From positions 32,001-96,000 of the forward strand of contig JBGAIQ010000007.1 of the NCBI GenBank assembly GCA_044225365.1: 64,000 bases of DNA, in the 5' to 3' direction. Both the position numbers and the translations under genes were made by a program. The stretch is from Planctomycetota bacterium (GTDB taxonomy: Bacteria > Planctomycetota > B15-G4 > JADJEK01). Below the pieces are notes generated by a model. It searched no databases. It worked only from the letters and a program-made list of their open reading frames with translations, and had not been told where the DNA came from. Positions 10,481-20,578 of this stretch are shown here, piece after piece (the first letter of the stretch is position 1; the number at the start of each line of letters is the position of its first letter).

Positions 10481-11047
10481 ATGAGGATCGTGTTCATGGG
10501 ACCGCCGGGTGCCGGTAAGGGCACTCAGGCGGCCAAAGTGTCGCAAACGCTCGAGATCCCGCACATCTCGACTGGAGAGATGCTGCGTACCGCCATTCGC
10601 GAGGACACGCCCCTCGGACGGAGTGTGAAGGACTTCCTCGATCAAGGGCATCTGGTCACGGACGAAGTCATGAATTCGGTGGTGGCCGATCGCCTCCGAC
10701 GGGACGACTGCAAGCGCGGGTTCCTGCTCGACGGCTACCCGCGAACCCTGCCGCAAGTAAGAGCCCTGGACGAACTCCTTGCCAGGCTGAAGTCCCCGCT
10801 AACCGTGGTGCTTGCTCTCGAAGTCGACGCGGACCACCTCATCGAGCGACTCGTGAAGCGCGGTAAGGAGCAAGGACGAAGCGACGACACCGAGGAAGTG
10901 ATTCGCGAACGCCAACGCGTTTATCGATCCGACACCCAGCCCTTGATCGATTACTACGCGAAGAGCGGAATCCTGCGGCGTGTGGACGGACTGGGCTCGA
11001 TCGACGAGGTCTTCGGACGAATCGTGGCCGCCTGCAAGTTGCGCTGA
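10481..11047 (+). CDS. adk: Adenylate kinase (short-LID type)
   Basis: [35 protein letters not shown]. Confidence 0.97.
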   Translation: MRIVFMGPPGAGKGTQAAKVSQTLEIPHISTGEMLRTAIREDTPLGRSVKDFLDQGHLVTDEVMNSVVADRLRRDDCKRGFLLDGYPRTLPQVRALDELLARLKSPLTVVLALEVDADHLIERLVKRGKEQGRSDDTEEVIRERQRVYRSDTQPLIDYYAKSGILRRVDGLGSIDEVFGRIVAACKLR

Positions 11048-11064
11048 CGAGGCCGACTCACGAC

Positions 11065-11094
11065 TTGCGATCCCATGTTCCTGTCTGGTAAGCT
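11065..11094 (+). promoter_or_regulatory. Putative sigma70 promoter of rpmB
   Basis: TTGCGA-N18-TAAGCT with extended -10 TG, 40 bp upstream of the rpmB ATG. Confidence 0.45.
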
Positions 11095-11134
11095 GCTCCG
11101 TTTTCGTCCCGCCTCGAATTGACGAGAGTGTTCC

Positions 11135-11455
11135 ATGTCTCGAGTTTGCCCGATCACCGGAAGTCGTACTCGCTTCGGCAAGAAGATCGCGCGCCGCGGC
11201 CTCGCCAAGAGCAAGGGCGGCGTCGGCATCAAGACGACGGGCATCACCCCGCGTACCTTTCAGCCGAACCTCAAGACGAAGCGAATCTTCGTCCCCGAGT
11301 TGAATCGCTTCGTTCGCGTGCGCATCTCCGCCCACGCGATGAAGACGATCCACAAGAAGGGCCCGTATCGAGTGTTCCTCGACGCGGGAATCGTGAAGCC
11401 GAACAAGCCCCGAGTGAATCGGAAGAACGCCGCGAAGGCCGACGCCAAGAACTGA
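11135..11455 (+). CDS. rpmB: 50S ribosomal protein L28 with basic C-terminal extension
   Basis: MSRVCPITG...RRGLAKSKGGVG...RTFQPNL...RVRISAHAMKTI. Confidence 0.96.
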   Translation: MSRVCPITGSRTRFGKKIARRGLAKSKGGVGIKTTGITPRTFQPNLKTKRIFVPELNRFVRVRISAHAMKTIHKKGPYRVFLDAGIVKPNKPRVNRKNAAKADAKN

Positions 11456-11477
11456 GGATTCGCGAGCGAATGTGACC

Positions 11478-11523
11478 CGGCCTCTCGTCGCCGCCCGTCG
11501 GCCCGAGAGGCCGCGGCGTTTTC
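11478..11523 (+). terminator. Putative intrinsic terminator after rpmB
   Basis: Stem CGGCCTCTCG/CGAGAGGCCG followed by CGGCG and TTTTT. Confidence 0.5.
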
Positions 11524-11551
11524 ACGGGGCTGCTTTCCCGCTCCTGACGAA

Positions 11552-12289
11552 TCAGAACTTGACCCGTCGCATGACGAACCGGGGCAGGTACGAAATGATC
11601 GTCATGACGAACCACCACGCCGCGGGGGCGTAAACGACGGGCTTTCCCGAATCGATGGCGGCGAGTACGCGAGCGGCAACCGGTTCGGGCTCTCCAGCAA
11701 AGGGCGGGGGTTTCATCCCGTCGGTCATCGCCGTCTTCACGAATCCCGGCTTCACGCAAATCGTCTTCAGGCCGAGCGCGCGAAATCGAAAGTCGAGGGA
11801 CTCGAGGTAGTGGGAGAGTCCGGCCTTCGTCGCGCCGTAGATCGCCACGGGCTTGCGCCCCCGATCGCCGGCCACCGACGAGAAGACGCAGAGAGTGCCT
11901 CCACCCTGCTTCAGGAGACGCTTTCGCGCACTCTCGCAGAACAGGATCGTGTTCGTGAAGTCGACGAGCATCAAGGATCTCGCGAGTTCGGGATCCGCCT
12001 CCAGGTCTTCCTGCTTCGCGTAGACGCCGGCCGTGACGACGACGGTGTCGAAACCGGTTAGCGCCGCGTGGGCGCGATCGAGTGCGGCCTCGAATCCTTC
12101 GGGCTCGAGCAGATCCGCGTTCGCGTGTCCCACGACCGCCCCGGGCCGCCGTACCGAGAGGTCGGCTGCGGTCCGTTCGAGTTCTCGAGTATTGCGGCCG
12201 AGCAGGAAGAGGGAGTCGCCGCGCTCCGCCATGAGTCGTGCGAGCGCGCGACCCATTCCGCGAGTGGCGCCGAGGAACACGACCTTCAA
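11552..12289 (-). CDS. SDR oxidoreductase, DprE2-like
   Basis: VVFLGATRGMG, SSVAGDRGR, YGATKAG (YxxxK), KPGFVKT. TTG start overlaps the upstream stop (TTGA). Confidence 0.85.
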   Translation of the reverse strand: MKVVFLGATRGMGRALARLMAERGDSLFLLGRNTRELERTAADLSVRRPGAVVGHANADLLEPEGFEAALDRAHAALTGFDTVVVTAGVYAKQEDLEADPELARSLMLVDFTNTILFCESARKRLLKQGGGTLCVFSSVAGDRGRKPVAIYGATKAGLSHYLESLDFRFRALGLKTICVKPGFVKTAMTDGMKPPPFAGEPEPVAARVLAAIDSGKPVVYAPAAWWFVMTIISYLPRFVMRRVKF

Positions 12290-13629
12290 GGTGGATCTCC
12301 GAGGATTCGAACGGACTGCGCGCTCTTCAGACGAAGAGTCGGATCCCACTTTCTACGGATCGCGAGGAACTGGTCAATACGTGGTTCCATGCGACGGAAG
12401 TCCGCGGCGCGAGTGAACTGGTCCTTCGCGAGATAGATCCGTCCGCCTTCGCGAATCACGAGTTCGTTGAGGGCGTCGACGAGACTCTGGGTGTCGTTGC
12501 GAATCGCGATGTCGAGCGCGATCGAGATCCCGCGCAGCGGGAACGAGATGAGCCCTTCACCTTGTGGACCCGAGTCCTTGATGACGCAAAGAAACGACGC
12601 GCCACCACGCGAGGTGAGGAGTTCGAGGAAGCGACGAGCGGCGTTCGTCCCCGCGCTCTCGGGCATCACACACTGGTATTGCGTGAACCCCCTCGGTCCG
12701 TAGAGCCGATTCCAATTCCGGATCTTGTCGAGCGGATAGAAGAAGTCCTCGGGATGCTGGATCCCGCGATGGGTGCCGTCGGCATACAACGCGTAGTTCA
12801 CTTCGTTGAACGTTCGAACGACGGGCTCGGACAGCAGCCAGCTCGGGCAGACGAAGGGTACGCCGACGCGCCGCTTCCACGGCGGATCCACGCGAGGAGC
12901 CTCGTCCTCGTGAGCGAATCGACCGCGCATGATCACCCCGCGGCCGAGGGACGCACCCCGCGACAGGCAGTCGATCCAGCCCACGGTATAGGGCCAGGCT
13001 GCGGCGGCTTCCTTGAGGGCGACGATGTACTCGTCGATGTCCCTCACCTGCTCACTCTCTTGGAAGATCCAGGGACTCGGGATCCGCTTCATCCGGAATT
13101 CGACCTCGAGGATGTGGCCCGTGAGGCCCATTCCGCCGATCGTCGCGAAGAACAGATCGGAGTGTTCGAAAGGCGTGCACTCGACGATCCCGCCGTCCGC
13201 GACCCGGATACGAATTCGCGTCACGTGCCGACCGAAGCAACCTTCGATGTGGTGGTTCTTCCCGTGAACGTCGGCGGCGACCATGCCGCCAAGAGTCACG
13301 TACTGGGTACCCGGCGAGACCGGCGTGAACCAGCGACGCGGTAGGAAGACGCGATTCAGTTCGAGGAGTGAGATTCCAGCTTCGACGCGCAAGAGCCCCG
13401 TCGATTCGTCGAATGCAAGGAGACGGTCCGCGAGCGGACTCGCGATGACCTCGCGCTGGGACGGGGCAGGCAAGGAGGCGTCGCCATACGATCGACCGAG
13501 GCCGCGAGTGAGGGTGGCACCCAGCGTGGCGCGTTCCAAGTCCTCGTCACGCCGCTCGCGACCCTGCACCGGAACGCATCCCCAGCCGGCGATCCATTCG
13601 GTGGGGGCAGTATCGGGGGTGGCGGGCAT
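12286..13629 (-). CDS. FAD-binding oxidoreductase, DprE1-like
   Basis: RGLGRSYGD, PGTQYVTLGGMVAADVHGKNHH, GGMGLTG, WNRLYG..GFTQYQ, GGRIYLAKD are DprE1 signatures. Confidence 0.9.
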   Translation of the reverse strand: MPATPDTAPTEWIAGWGCVPVQGRERRDEDLERATLGATLTRGLGRSYGDASLPAPSQREVIASPLADRLLAFDESTGLLRVEAGISLLELNRVFLPRRWFTPVSPGTQYVTLGGMVAADVHGKNHHIEGCFGRHVTRIRIRVADGGIVECTPFEHSDLFFATIGGMGLTGHILEVEFRMKRIPSPWIFQESEQVRDIDEYIVALKEAAAAWPYTVGWIDCLSRGASLGRGVIMRGRFAHEDEAPRVDPPWKRRVGVPFVCPSWLLSEPVVRTFNEVNYALYADGTHRGIQHPEDFFYPLDKIRNWNRLYGPRGFTQYQCVMPESAGTNAARRFLELLTSRGGASFLCVIKDSGPQGEGLISFPLRGISIALDIAIRNDTQSLVDALNELVIREGGRIYLAKDQFTRAADFRRMEPRIDQFLAIRRKWDPTLRLKSAQSVRILGDPP

Positions 13630-13978
13630 CGGGTTCAAGCCGTACGGAGGGCGAGGGGTGAGCCGGGAATCGACCAGTCTAGACGACCGTTCACGATTCC
13701 GCAGGACCCGCGGCTGGCCGCGGAGCGTGGGGGATGCCGAATCGTGAAGAGCCACTTGGCGAGCCCACGTTCTTCGGAATTGGAACGTGGGTTTCAAGAG
13801 GTGACCTTGGAAAAGACCCGAACCGAGCGCCTTGGGGTCCCGCCAGGAATGGAACGTACCAGGCTCGTCGAATGGAAGATGCAGTCACTGGCCTAAAGCC
13901 CGGACGCCCGAACCGACGAAATCGATCGCTACGCACTCGGAGTCGGTCAGGATCGAGAGTGCAGGAGTGTGGTGGCGA

Positions 13979-16309
13979 ATGGACGACATCCTGCGGGAAT
14001 TCCTCGTTGAGAGCAACGAGAGCCTGGATCGGCTCGACCGTGATCTCCTCTCGCTCGAAGAGCGGCCGGACGATCCTTCGACGATCTCGAGCATCTTCCG
14101 AACGATTCACACCATCAAGGGAACGTCGGGATTCCTGGCGTTCAAGAAACTCGAAGGCCTTGCTCACGTCGCAGAGAGTCTGCTCTCGCTGCTGCGCGAT
14201 CGAGCTCTATCGATCAACGCCGAGATCACCAGCGCGCTGCTCTCGACGAACGACGCCGTCCGATCGATGCTCGGTTCGATCGAGAAGAGCGGTACGGACG
14301 GAGAGGAGTGCTACCGCGAGCTGATCGATCGGCTCGCCTTGCTGCAGGGCTCGGGGCAGAAGAGTGTCTCCAAGCCCGAAGTGACTGCGGCAGCCACCCC
14401 CGCGCCCCCCGCGCAAGCTCCGGTCGAAACGCCCGTGACGCCTCCTGTCGTTGCGGCCGCGTCTTCGACTCCATCAGGAAAGGCCGATGTCGCGTGCGTC
14501 GATTCGGCTCATCCACCCGCCGCGAATCCGCATCCCGAACTCCCGGCCGAGAACCATCCCGAAAGCGGTAACGCCTCTCAGGGTGGCAAACTCGCCGAGA
14601 CGAGCATTCGCGTCGACGTCGAACTGCTCGAACGACTCATGAATCTCGTCGGTGAGCTCGTGCTCGCTCGCAATCAGATCCTGCAGTTCGCGAATCAATT
14701 CGACGATGCAGGCCTTGGTCAGACCTCGCAGCGCTTGAACCTCGTCACGACCGAGCTGCAAGAAGGCGTGATGAAGACGCGCATGCAGCCGATCGGAAAC
14801 GTTTGGAGCAAGTTTCCGCGCGTGGTGCGGGACCTCGCCCTCGCTTGCAAGAAGAAGGTCCGGATCGAGATGGAGGGCAAGGAGACCGAGCTCGATCGCT
14901 CTCTCCTCGAAGCCATCAAGGATCCCCTGACCCACATCGTGCGCAACTCGATCGACCACGGCATCGAATTGCCGGCGGTCCGTGCAGCGGCGGGCAAGAA
15001 CGAGGAGGGCGTGTTGCGACTTCGCGCCTACCACGAGGGCGGGCAAGTCAACATCGAGATCAGTGATGACGGCAATGGCATCGACCTCGATCGCGTGAAG
15101 GCGAAGGCGGTCCAGCAGAATCTGATCACGGCCGAACAGGCCGCAAAGATGAGCGATCGCGAGACGATTGCCCTCATCTTCCGACCGGGCTTCTCGACTG
15201 CAGCGGCTGTGACCAACATCAGTGGCCGGGGCGTCGGGATGGATGTCGTCAAATCGAACATCGAGAAGATCGGCGGGAACGTGGAGATCCAGAGCCGTCT
15301 CGGCGAAGGGACCACTCTCCGCATCAAGATCCCGCTCACGCTCGCGATCATTCCAGCGCTCACGGTGATGTGCGGTGGCGATCGCTTCGCGATCCCGCAA
15401 GTCAGTCTGCTCGAACTCGTGCGACTCGAATGCGACGACGCGAAAAAGGGCATCGAGAATCTCCACGGCAGTCTCGTCCACCGTCTGCGCGGCCGCTTGC
15501 TCCCGCTCGTCTTCCTGTCGGACGAACTCGGCCTCACGGCCGGCCGCTCGCCGCGCGAAGTCATCGAGTCGATCGGGGAATTCGTGAACATCGTCGTCCT
15601 CCAGGCCGAGGGTCGACCCTTCGGACTCGTCGTCGACCGGATCCAGGACACCGAGGAGATCGTGGTGAAGCCGCTCGGCAAGCACCTCAAGTCCCTCCCG
15701 GCGTTCGCGGGTACGACGATCATGGGGGACGGCAGCGTCGCCCTGATCCTGGATGTCCGGGGGATCGCCACCTCGGCGCGCATCATCGGTGAGGACGTCG
15801 AAGCGATCGAGAATCGGGAGGCCAAGACCGCGCAGCACAACGACGCGGAACGTCGCACCCTGTTGCTGTTCCAGATCGGTGTATCGGGACGAATGGCGGT
15901 TCCGCTCGCGGACGTGTCGCGACTCGAAGAATTCAAGGCCGCCGACATCGAGCAGGCCGGTGCGCTGCAAGTGATCCAGTACCGCGGCGACATCATGCCA
16001 CTCGTCGAAGTGGCCTCGATCGTTCCCTCTCACTCCGCGGAGTACAACGCGAACGGCGACGACTCGGCGAAGGAGATCGTCCAGGCGATCGTCCACACCT
16101 CGAACGGACGCACCGTGGGGCTCGTGGTCTCGCGAATCCTCGACATCGTCGACGAAGAGGTCGCGTCGCGGCGCGAAGCGACTCGCGATGGTGTGAAGGA
16201 GACCGTCGTGGTGCAGGGGAAGGTGACCGAAGTGCTCGATATCCGATACGTGCTGGACAGCATCGATTCGATGTTGAACCACACCAATTCCATGGCGGCG
16301 AGGAGCTGA
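13979..16309 (+). CDS. cheA: Chemotaxis histidine kinase CheA (Hpt, no P2, dimer, HATPase, two CheW domains)
   Basis: IFRTIHTIKG Hpt, LMNLVGELVLARNQ, RNSIDHGIE, SGRGVGMDVV, PLTLAI; second CheW-like domain after residues RRTLLLFQ. Confidence 0.97.
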   Translation: MDDILREFLVESNESLDRLDRDLLSLEERPDDPSTISSIFRTIHTIKGTSGFLAFKKLEGLAHVAESLLSLLRDRALSINAEITSALLSTNDAVRSMLGSIEKSGTDGEECYRELIDRLALLQGSGQKSVSKPEVTAAATPAPPAQAPVETPVTPPVVAAASSTPSGKADVACVDSAHPPAANPHPELPAENHPESGNASQGGKLAETSIRVDVELLERLMNLVGELVLARNQILQFANQFDDAGLGQTSQRLNLVTTELQEGVMKTRMQPIGNVWSKFPRVVRDLALACKKKVRIEMEGKETELDRSLLEAIKDPLTHIVRNSIDHGIELPAVRAAAGKNEEGVLRLRAYHEGGQVNIEISDDGNGIDLDRVKAKAVQQNLITAEQAAKMSDRETIALIFRPGFSTAAAVTNISGRGVGMDVVKSNIEKIGGNVEIQSRLGEGTTLRIKIPLTLAIIPALTVMCGGDRFAIPQVSLLELVRLECDDAKKGIENLHGSLVHRLRGRLLPLVFLSDELGLTAGRSPREVIESIGEFVNIVVLQAEGRPFGLVVDRIQDTEEIVVKPLGKHLKSLPAFAGTTIMGDGSVALILDVRGIATSARIIGEDVEAIENREAKTAQHNDAERRTLLLFQIGVSGRMAVPLADVSRLEEFKAADIEQAGALQVIQYRGDIMPLVEVASIVPSHSAEYNANGDDSAKEIVQAIVHTSNGRTVGLVVSRILDIVDEEVASRREATRDGVKETVVVQGKVTEVLDIRYVLDSIDSMLNHTNSMAARS

Positions 16310-16312
16310 ACC

Positions 16313-16771
16313 ATGATCGATGGCATCCAGTACTGCACGTTCTTCGCCGACGGCCTGTGCTTCGGACTCGACGTCCGAGAGGTGCAGGAGGTCATTCGCT
16401 ACCAGTCGATGACGCGAGTGCCGCTCGCGAGCGACATGGTGCGTGGGCTCATCAATCTCCGAGGACAGATCGTGACTGCGATCGATCTGCGCCGGCGCCT
16501 CGGTTGTCCGCCACGCGACGGCGAACAGAAGCCCATGAACGTGATCGTGCGAACGACGGACGGGCCGATCAGCTTGCTCGTCGACGAGATCGGCGACGTG
16601 ATCGAGGTCGACCCCTCTCAGTTCGAAGCCCCCCCCGAGCGTCTGTCCGGGCTGGCGCGCGACGTCGTGACGGGTGTCTACAAACTCGCCGATCGACTCC
16701 TGCTCGTTCTCGATGCCAAGAAGGCGATCGAGATGCCGCACGCGACGATCGCCGCGGGGACGCATGCATGA
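16313..16771 (+). CDS. cheW: Chemotaxis coupling protein CheW
   Basis: VQEVI..TRVP..VRGLINLRGQIVTAIDL..LLVDEIGDV. Confidence 0.96.
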   Translation: MIDGIQYCTFFADGLCFGLDVREVQEVIRYQSMTRVPLASDMVRGLINLRGQIVTAIDLRRRLGCPPRDGEQKPMNVIVRTTDGPISLLVDEIGDVIEVDPSQFEAPPERLSGLARDVVTGVYKLADRLLLVLDAKKAIEMPHATIAAGTHA

Positions 16772-16820
16772 TTGCGACGCGGCGAACACGTCGGGATCGA
16801 GTTACGCAGGAGGGATCTTC

Positions 16821-17195
16821 ATGCGCGCCCTGATCGTGGATGACTCACGTGCCATTCGCACGGTTCTATCTCGCTACATGTCGGAACTCGGCCTCGAGAT
16901 CGCGGAAGCGGGCGAACACGAACAGGCCCTTGCGGCGATGAAGCGGTACTCCGATATCGCGGTCGTACTCCTCGACTGGAATCTGCCGGGGAAGAGCGGC
17001 TTCGAGATCCTCACCGACATCCGCAGCAATGCAGCGTGGAATTCGATCCCCATCATCATGTGCACGACCGAAACCGAGATGAACCAGGTCTCGAGAGCCC
17101 TCGAGGCCGGTGCGAACGAGTACGTGATGAAGCCATTCTCACGACTCGTGATCATGGAGAAGCTCGGCCTCGTGGGACTCACCAGGGAAGGATGA
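16821..17195 (+). CDS. cheY: CheY-like response regulator
   Basis: ALIVDDS, LLDWNLP, TT, KPF; AGGAGG RBS before ATG 16821. Confidence 0.92.
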   Translation: MRALIVDDSRAIRTVLSRYMSELGLEIAEAGEHEQALAAMKRYSDIAVVLLDWNLPGKSGFEILTDIRSNAAWNSIPIIMCTTETEMNQVSRALEAGANEYVMKPFSRLVIMEKLGLVGLTREG

Positions 17196-17199
17196 TTCG

Positions 17200-18306
17200 A
17201 TGCCCAAGTCACGAATTCTCGTCGTCGACGATTCGGCCGTCTTTCGGCGTGCGCTGAGCGATGCTTTCGCCGCGGACCCGGACCTCGAGGTCGTCGGAAC
17301 CGCGAGCAATGGTCAGCTCGCGCTCGAGGCGATCTCTCGGCTGAAGCCGGATCTCGTCACGCTCGACGTCGAGATGCCCGTGATGGACGGACTGCAGACG
17401 GTTTCCGAGATCCGGAAGAAGGAACGGCGGTTGCCGATCCTGATGTTCTCGACACTCACGAGTTCGGGCGCCGGCGCGACGCTCGAAGCGCTGAACCGCG
17501 GAGCCTCCGACTATTGCTGCAAACCGACGGGTGGAATCGGGGTTGCCCAGGACCAACTGAAGCGGGAGCTTCTCCCGAAGGTCCGTGCGCTGCTGCGACT
17601 CGATCGAATCGGGAGCGCGAAGATCGCGCCCGTGAAGAAGTTCGTCCCTCCGGCGATGCCGGCTTCCCGCGGGGACACTCCGAAACGAGTCGATTTGATC
17701 GCGATCGGCTGCTCGACGGGCGGACCGAATGCACTCGCGAACGTCTTGCCCCTCCTGCCTGCGGATCTGCCGTGTCCGGTCGTCGTCGTCCAGCACATGC
17801 CGCCGGTATTCACTCGGCTGCTTGCCGAGCGACTCGATTCGACGTCGAAGGTCAAGATCGAGGAGGCAGCCCACGGATCGGTCTTGGAGCCTGGAAAGGT
17901 GCTCATCGCTCCGGGCGATCATCACATGGTGCTCGAGCGCTCCGGCACGACGACTCGCGTTCGATTGAATCAAGACGCTCCGGAGAACTTCTGCAGGCCC
18001 GCCGTCGACCCGCTCTTCCGGTCGGTCGCGTCGATCTATGGCGGCTCGGTCCTCGCCGTGATCTTGACCGGGATGGGTCGGGATGGAACGAAAGGCTGTG
18101 AAGACATCCGTCGCACCGGTGGATACGTGATCGGACAGGACGAAGCCACTTCGGTCGTTTGGGGCATGCCCGGGTCGATCGTGGAGAAGGGACTCGCCAA
18201 CGAAGTCCTGCCCCTCGAGCGGATCGCGGGTGAAATCGCGAAGTGGGCCCAGCGCGGACGTGTCGGCAACTCGGCGGGCGTCGATCGCCGGCCTGCGTCG
18301 AGGTGA
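17200..18306 (+). CDS. cheB: Chemotaxis methylesterase CheB (REC + esterase)
   Basis: REC domain then GCSTGG, QHMP and LTGMGRDG catalytic S/H/D. Confidence 0.97.
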   Translation: MPKSRILVVDDSAVFRRALSDAFAADPDLEVVGTASNGQLALEAISRLKPDLVTLDVEMPVMDGLQTVSEIRKKERRLPILMFSTLTSSGAGATLEALNRGASDYCCKPTGGIGVAQDQLKRELLPKVRALLRLDRIGSAKIAPVKKFVPPAMPASRGDTPKRVDLIAIGCSTGGPNALANVLPLLPADLPCPVVVVQHMPPVFTRLLAERLDSTSKVKIEEAAHGSVLEPGKVLIAPGDHHMVLERSGTTTRVRLNQDAPENFCRPAVDPLFRSVASIYGGSVLAVILTGMGRDGTKGCEDIRRTGGYVIGQDEATSVVWGMPGSIVEKGLANEVLPLERIAGEIAKWAQRGRVGNSAGVDRRPASR

Positions 18307-19139
18307 CCTCCGTGGCGATTCAGGCGTCCGATTTCCAATACGTCCGGGACCTGGTCCAACGAGAGACATCGATCGTCCTCGAGGCCGGTCGTGAATACCT
18401 CGTCGAATCTCGCCTCCTGACGCTCGCTCGTCAGGAGAACGCCGCGGGGATCGAGCAGTTGATGTCGGCGGCTCGAAGCAACCGAGATCCGCGACTGACG
18501 CGTCGCATCGTCGAAGCGATGACGACGAACGAAACCTCGTTCTTCCGCGATCCCAACTTCTTCGAGGGACTGAAGACCGTCGTCCTTCCCGATCTGATCG
18601 CGAAACGAAAGGCCGAGAAAAAGCTCACGATCTGGTGCGCAGCGTGCTCTTCGGGGCAGGAACCCTACAGCATTGCGATGATGCTGAAGGAGCTCTCACC
18701 CAAGATGCCCGACTTCCGCATCGAGATCATCGCGACCGACTTCTGCGAGAAGATGGTCGAGAAGTCTCGCAGCGGGCTGTACTCGCAACTCGAGGTGAAC
18801 CGCGGACTCCCGACGAAACTGCTCCTGCAGTGGTTCGAGAGGTCGGGAGCGGACTTCAGGGTGAAGGAAGAGGTTCGCCGGATGATCGAATTCCGGCAGC
18901 TCAATCTCGCCGCTTCGACGTGGCCGAATCTCCCTCCGCTCGACCTCGTGTTCCTGCGAAACGTCCTCATCTACTTCAACCTCGAGACGAAGCGCGGGAT
19001 CCTGCAGCGAGCTCGGCGACTCATGCGCTCGGACGCCACCCTCGTGTTGGGAAGTACCGAAACTACATTCAACGTCGACCCTACTTTCGACCGATACGAA
19101 GCCGCACGGGCCATCTTCTACCGTCTCCGCGAAGTTTGA
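18303..19139 (+). CDS. cheR: Chemotaxis methyltransferase CheR
   Basis: TTNETSFFRD, IWCAACSSGQEPYS, RNVLIYF; GTGA overlap with cheB stop. Confidence 0.96.
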   Translation: MTSVAIQASDFQYVRDLVQRETSIVLEAGREYLVESRLLTLARQENAAGIEQLMSAARSNRDPRLTRRIVEAMTTNETSFFRDPNFFEGLKTVVLPDLIAKRKAEKKLTIWCAACSSGQEPYSIAMMLKELSPKMPDFRIEIIATDFCEKMVEKSRSGLYSQLEVNRGLPTKLLLQWFERSGADFRVKEEVRRMIEFRQLNLAASTWPNLPPLDLVFLRNVLIYFNLETKRGILQRARRLMRSDATLVLGSTETTFNVDPTFDRYEAARAIFYRLREV

Positions 19140-19150
19140 GGAGCCAGCGA

Positions 19151-19615
19151 ATGTTCACAGACGAAACCCTGCAGGCCGACATCGCCAAGATCACGCACGA
19201 CGTCTTCGAGACGATGCTGGGGATGTCGGTCGAGCGCATCGAAGCGGCGCAGGCGCCCTCCGACACGAAGATGATGTACACGGGCCTCGTGACCGTCTCC
19301 GGGAGCTGGAGCGGCGCGATCATGCTGGCGTGCGACGCGGAACTGGCGCGGACGATCGCTTCGATGATGTTCGGGACGGAATCGAGTGCGACGACCGACG
19401 CCGAGATCAACGACGCGATGGGCGAGATGGCGAACATGATCGGCGGCAACTTCAAGTCGATGATCCCTCCGCCGGTGACCCTGTCGCTCCCGAGCGTCGC
19501 AACCGGGATCAAATCGGTAGTTCGCGTGCCGGGCTGCAGCGAGGTTGGTCGCTACGCCTTCGAATTCCGCGCGGGCGAAGCACAGTTCACCGTCTGCGTG
19601 CTCGAACATTCGTGA
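19151..19615 (+). CDS. cheX: CheX-family phosphatase
   Basis: DAMGEMANMIGGNFK (ExxN), LSLPSV; GAGGAG RBS. Confidence 0.88.
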   Translation: MFTDETLQADIAKITHDVFETMLGMSVERIEAAQAPSDTKMMYTGLVTVSGSWSGAIMLACDAELARTIASMMFGTESSATTDAEINDAMGEMANMIGGNFKSMIPPPVTLSLPSVATGIKSVVRVPGCSEVGRYAFEFRAGEAQFTVCVLEHS

Positions 19616-19670
19616 AAGAACCAGATCGACAACGACGAAGACAGCAACGGATTCAGCGAGGACAACCCAG

Positions 19671-20039
19671 ATGAAGATCATGATCGTCGACGACAGCAAG
19701 GCCATGCGGATGATCGTCATGCGCACGCTGCGCCAAGCGGGATTCGATGGGAACACGTTCATCGAGGCCGAGAACGGAGCGCAAGCCTTCACCGCGATCT
19801 CCGCCGACATGCCCGACATCGTCCTATGCGACTGGAACATGCCGGAGATGAACGGTCTCGAATTGCTCCAGAAACTGAATACCGAGCAGAAGAAGGTGAA
19901 GTTCGGCTTCGTCACGTCGGAGGCGAGTCCGGAGATGCGGGAGAAGGCCCTCGCGAACGGCGCGCTGTTCCTGATCGGCAAGCCGTTCACGGCCGAAGCG
20001 TTCCAAGGCGTTCTCCAGCCGCTGCTCGCCGCGAAGTGA
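19671..20039 (+). CDS. cheY: Second CheY-like response regulator
   Basis: IMIVDDS, CDWNMP, VTSE, KPF. Confidence 0.9.
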   Translation: MKIMIVDDSKAMRMIVMRTLRQAGFDGNTFIEAENGAQAFTAISADMPDIVLCDWNMPEMNGLELLQKLNTEQKKVKFGFVTSEASPEMREKALANGALFLIGKPFTAEAFQGVLQPLLAAK

Positions 20040-20064
20040 GGACCAAGGGCGCGAGGACTCGAAG

Positions 20065-20550
20065 ATGACCTGCGTCTACGAACTACCGGCCCCGGAGACC
20101 GTCACGAAGCTGCTCTCCGACCTCCTGGGCAAACCATCGAAGGCTCTGAGGGCAAGTCGGTTTCCCGTAGGCCCGAAGACACCTGGTGCGGTGAGCATCC
20201 TCGTCAACGAGGAGAACAAACCGGGCGTGGTGATCTTCGCCGACATCGCATTTGCGTGCTCGGCCGGTGGTGCACTCTCACTGATCCCGCAGAACATCGT
20301 GGAAGAGGGGATCAAGTCCGGTGACGTTCCGAGCAACATGCTCGAGAACTTCAAGGAAGTGATGAACATCGCGAGATCCTGGTTCGAGAAACCGAGCGTC
20401 CCGAAACTGAAGCTGGACTCGGTGAAGCCCGCGGTCGGCAATTGCTCGCGCGGCTTGCTCACGATGTTGTTGAAGTCGAAGTATCGCCTCGACCTGAACG
20501 TCGAGATCACGGGCTACCCGAAGGGGCGCCTCGTGATCTGCGTCACTTGA
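20065..20550 (+). CDS. Hypothetical protein closing the che operon, CheC/CheX-like ExxN motif
   Basis: Co-oriented last gene; LENFKEVMNI contains ExxN. Confidence 0.6.
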   Translation: MTCVYELPAPETVTKLLSDLLGKPSKALRASRFPVGPKTPGAVSILVNEENKPGVVIFADIAFACSAGGALSLIPQNIVEEGIKSGDVPSNMLENFKEVMNIARSWFEKPSVPKLKLDSVKPAVGNCSRGLLTMLLKSKYRLDLNVEITGYPKGRLVICVT

Positions 20551-20578
20551 TCGAGTCGCGACCTCCGCCTCGAATGGC

